DNA of 64,000 bases, from assembly GCA_001949185.1 (NCBI GenBank), contig BDGG01000015.1:1183036-1247035 (forward strand), in the 5' to 3' direction. A program made the position numbers and the translations under genes. Source of the stretch: Ramazzottius varieornatus (taxonomy: Eukaryota > Animalia > Tardigrada). The notes beneath the pieces were generated by a model. The model was given only the letters and a program-made list of their open reading frames with translations, had not been told where the DNA came from and did no database searches. Position 1 is the first letter of the stretch; every line of letters begins with the position of its first letter. Shown one piece after another: positions 62,601 to 64,000 of the stretch.

Positions 62601-63228
62601 AGTACAAGTTGCTGTGGTGTCGAGGAAGCTCAGCCACGGATAAAGATGAGCAGGTCAAGTCCATTGTCCTCTCCAGGCTTCTCCAAGCCGAAGCTGAACC
62701 AAGGGAGGATACGGACAAGGAAGCCATTAAGGAACCACCCACCAAACGCTCAGCGCTACTCAACTTCCTTGGTTAGTCATAGACTTTACATTCTGTACTT
62801 CTATCGGTCTGCTCTTGTCTTTCTTTCAAAATGAGCAATAAGAGTTAGTTTTATATTAATTCAGTGAATTCTCTCTTGTTACAGGGGACTCTAGCACGAA
62901 GGGCGGACCAAGCGCCAAAAGAAAATTGCAAGCGGAGCTTTCGGCTGCCGAAGAGATTGAAGCGTATTTGGAAGACACAACAACAGACGAAGACCCGCTG
63001 ACATACTGGGCCAAGAACGACGAGCGACTGCCCAAGCTGGCCACCTTGTCGCGAGCAGTGCTGTACATTCCCTCTGGAACAGCAAAGACGGCGCTGTTTC
63101 GAGAAACCCTCTTTGCTGACCGCCCTTTACATCTTTTCACAAATCAGTTAGAGTTGATGTTGTTTTGTCATCTTAACCCAGAGTTCTCCAGGGATTACTC
63201 CAGCAGTAAACGAAAGCTGCCCTATTAA
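59686..63228 (+). CDS. hAT-transposase-derived multi-BED-finger protein (ZBED-like, probably domesticated and catalytically dead)
   Basis: About 8 exons with an intact spliced frame. Four CxxC-x(13-15)-HxxxxH/C fingers, then hAT features: IPLATLTSSSFDRLVKDID, GFICLMVHYV, YIMAAFLDPKYK, and the C-terminal dimerisation domain EIEAYLE...DPLTYWAKNDERLPKLATLSRAVLYIP...LELMLFCHLN. Confidence 0.85.
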
Positions 63229-64000
63229 TGGCTTGCGTCATGTGGCCTTCTGTGGTTATGGCGTCAAGCTGGACACTTGTCTGCGCTTTTATTTGTATTA
63301 ACATGACACTTTAGAGAAGAAACATATATGAACTGAGGAGTGGACCAGATTTACGTTAGAATTCCCACAAGCCATTGTTTGACCGCATGATCCAATTTGG
63401 CTTCGGCTATTGATGATCAGCAATGCATTTATGCTGCTGACTTCACTTTCAGCTGGTACTTGGGTCTGACGACAGATTTGCCGTAGAATACGTTGTGTTA
63501 TCCTCAGGCTGTGATGAGGTTTCAATGAATAGCTGAGCGATGGGAACGAAGAGGGAAGTGCGTAACAGTAGTGGGGATTCCATAAGGGCTGTTCCAACAA
63601 GCAGCGCCTTCATGGCCAGGTCCTGATGTCTATAGAGGGTGCTGTGGAGCTGCGACGGAAAGTTGGTGATCAGGTAACGACCAACGAGGGCTCTTCAGCA
63701 ATGTGACCGTTACTTTCTTTGTTAAGTACGGACGATGGCAAGCTATACTGCGTATCATCAGGTGGCTGTTACAAAATTTCATCGATTCGCTTCCTAGTAT
63801 CGTCCAGTATTTTCTCGTGCGACAAGTAACTGGGAGTAGGTACTTCCGCCACAGAGGAAATAGTTGATTGAACTGTCTTGACTTGATGTGTCAGAGCAGA
63901 AGCCGCTAAGGGTCACTTTGACATCACAAGAAACGAAGGACTATTCGATCGATAGGGGAATGGCGATGTGTTCCGGCGTACTGACGCTTGAAGGTGCGCG

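Noticed and set aside
59686-63228. Active autonomous hAT transposon
   Set aside because: Catalytic motifs are degenerate, there are multiple introns, no TIR or TSD was noticed, and the 5' end abuts the PGK promoter.
1-64000. Prokaryotic systems (operons, CRISPR arrays, defence islands) and most short ORFs in the supplied track
   Set aside because: The DNA is spliceosomal-intron-containing animal sequence. No repeat-spacer array was seen. Most listed ORFs are antisense or off-frame shadows of exons, or use non-ATG starts.

Overview
This is eukaryotic DNA from a compact animal (invertebrate bilaterian-like) genome. It has dense genes, short GT-AG introns (mostly about 50-100 nt) and small intergenic gaps, so the ORF track mostly shows exon fragments. 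Splicing by hand gives 14 recognisable genes in order: KCTD8/12/16-like (5' end outside the window, +), UBL3 (+), DCXR (+), MAF1 (-), estrogen-related receptor (+), MED7 (-), ARHGEF10-like (+), ARHGEF17-like (+), RPS3 (-), V-ATPase c/ATP6V0C (+), V-ATPase D/ATP6V1D (-), PWP2 (+), PGK (-), and an intron-containing hAT-transposase-derived gene with four BED-like fingers (+). There are five MITE-like foldback elements: two copies of one TA-flanked family, two other TA-flanked or foldback types, and one hAT type. There is also a probable non-LTR retroelement remnant. The main observations are: (1) the hAT-derived gene looks domesticated, with degenerate catalytic motifs and one zinc finger per exon separated by phase-0 introns, and it sits head-to-head with PGK; (2) two non-homologous V-ATPase rotor genes lie tail-to-tail, both with MITF/TFEB-type M/E-boxes at their 5' ends and miR-1 seed sites downstream of their stops; (3) the ancient paralogues ARHGEF10 and ARHGEF17 lie in tandem. 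Exon boundaries were read by eye and need RNA-seq confirmation. The species cannot be identified from this window.
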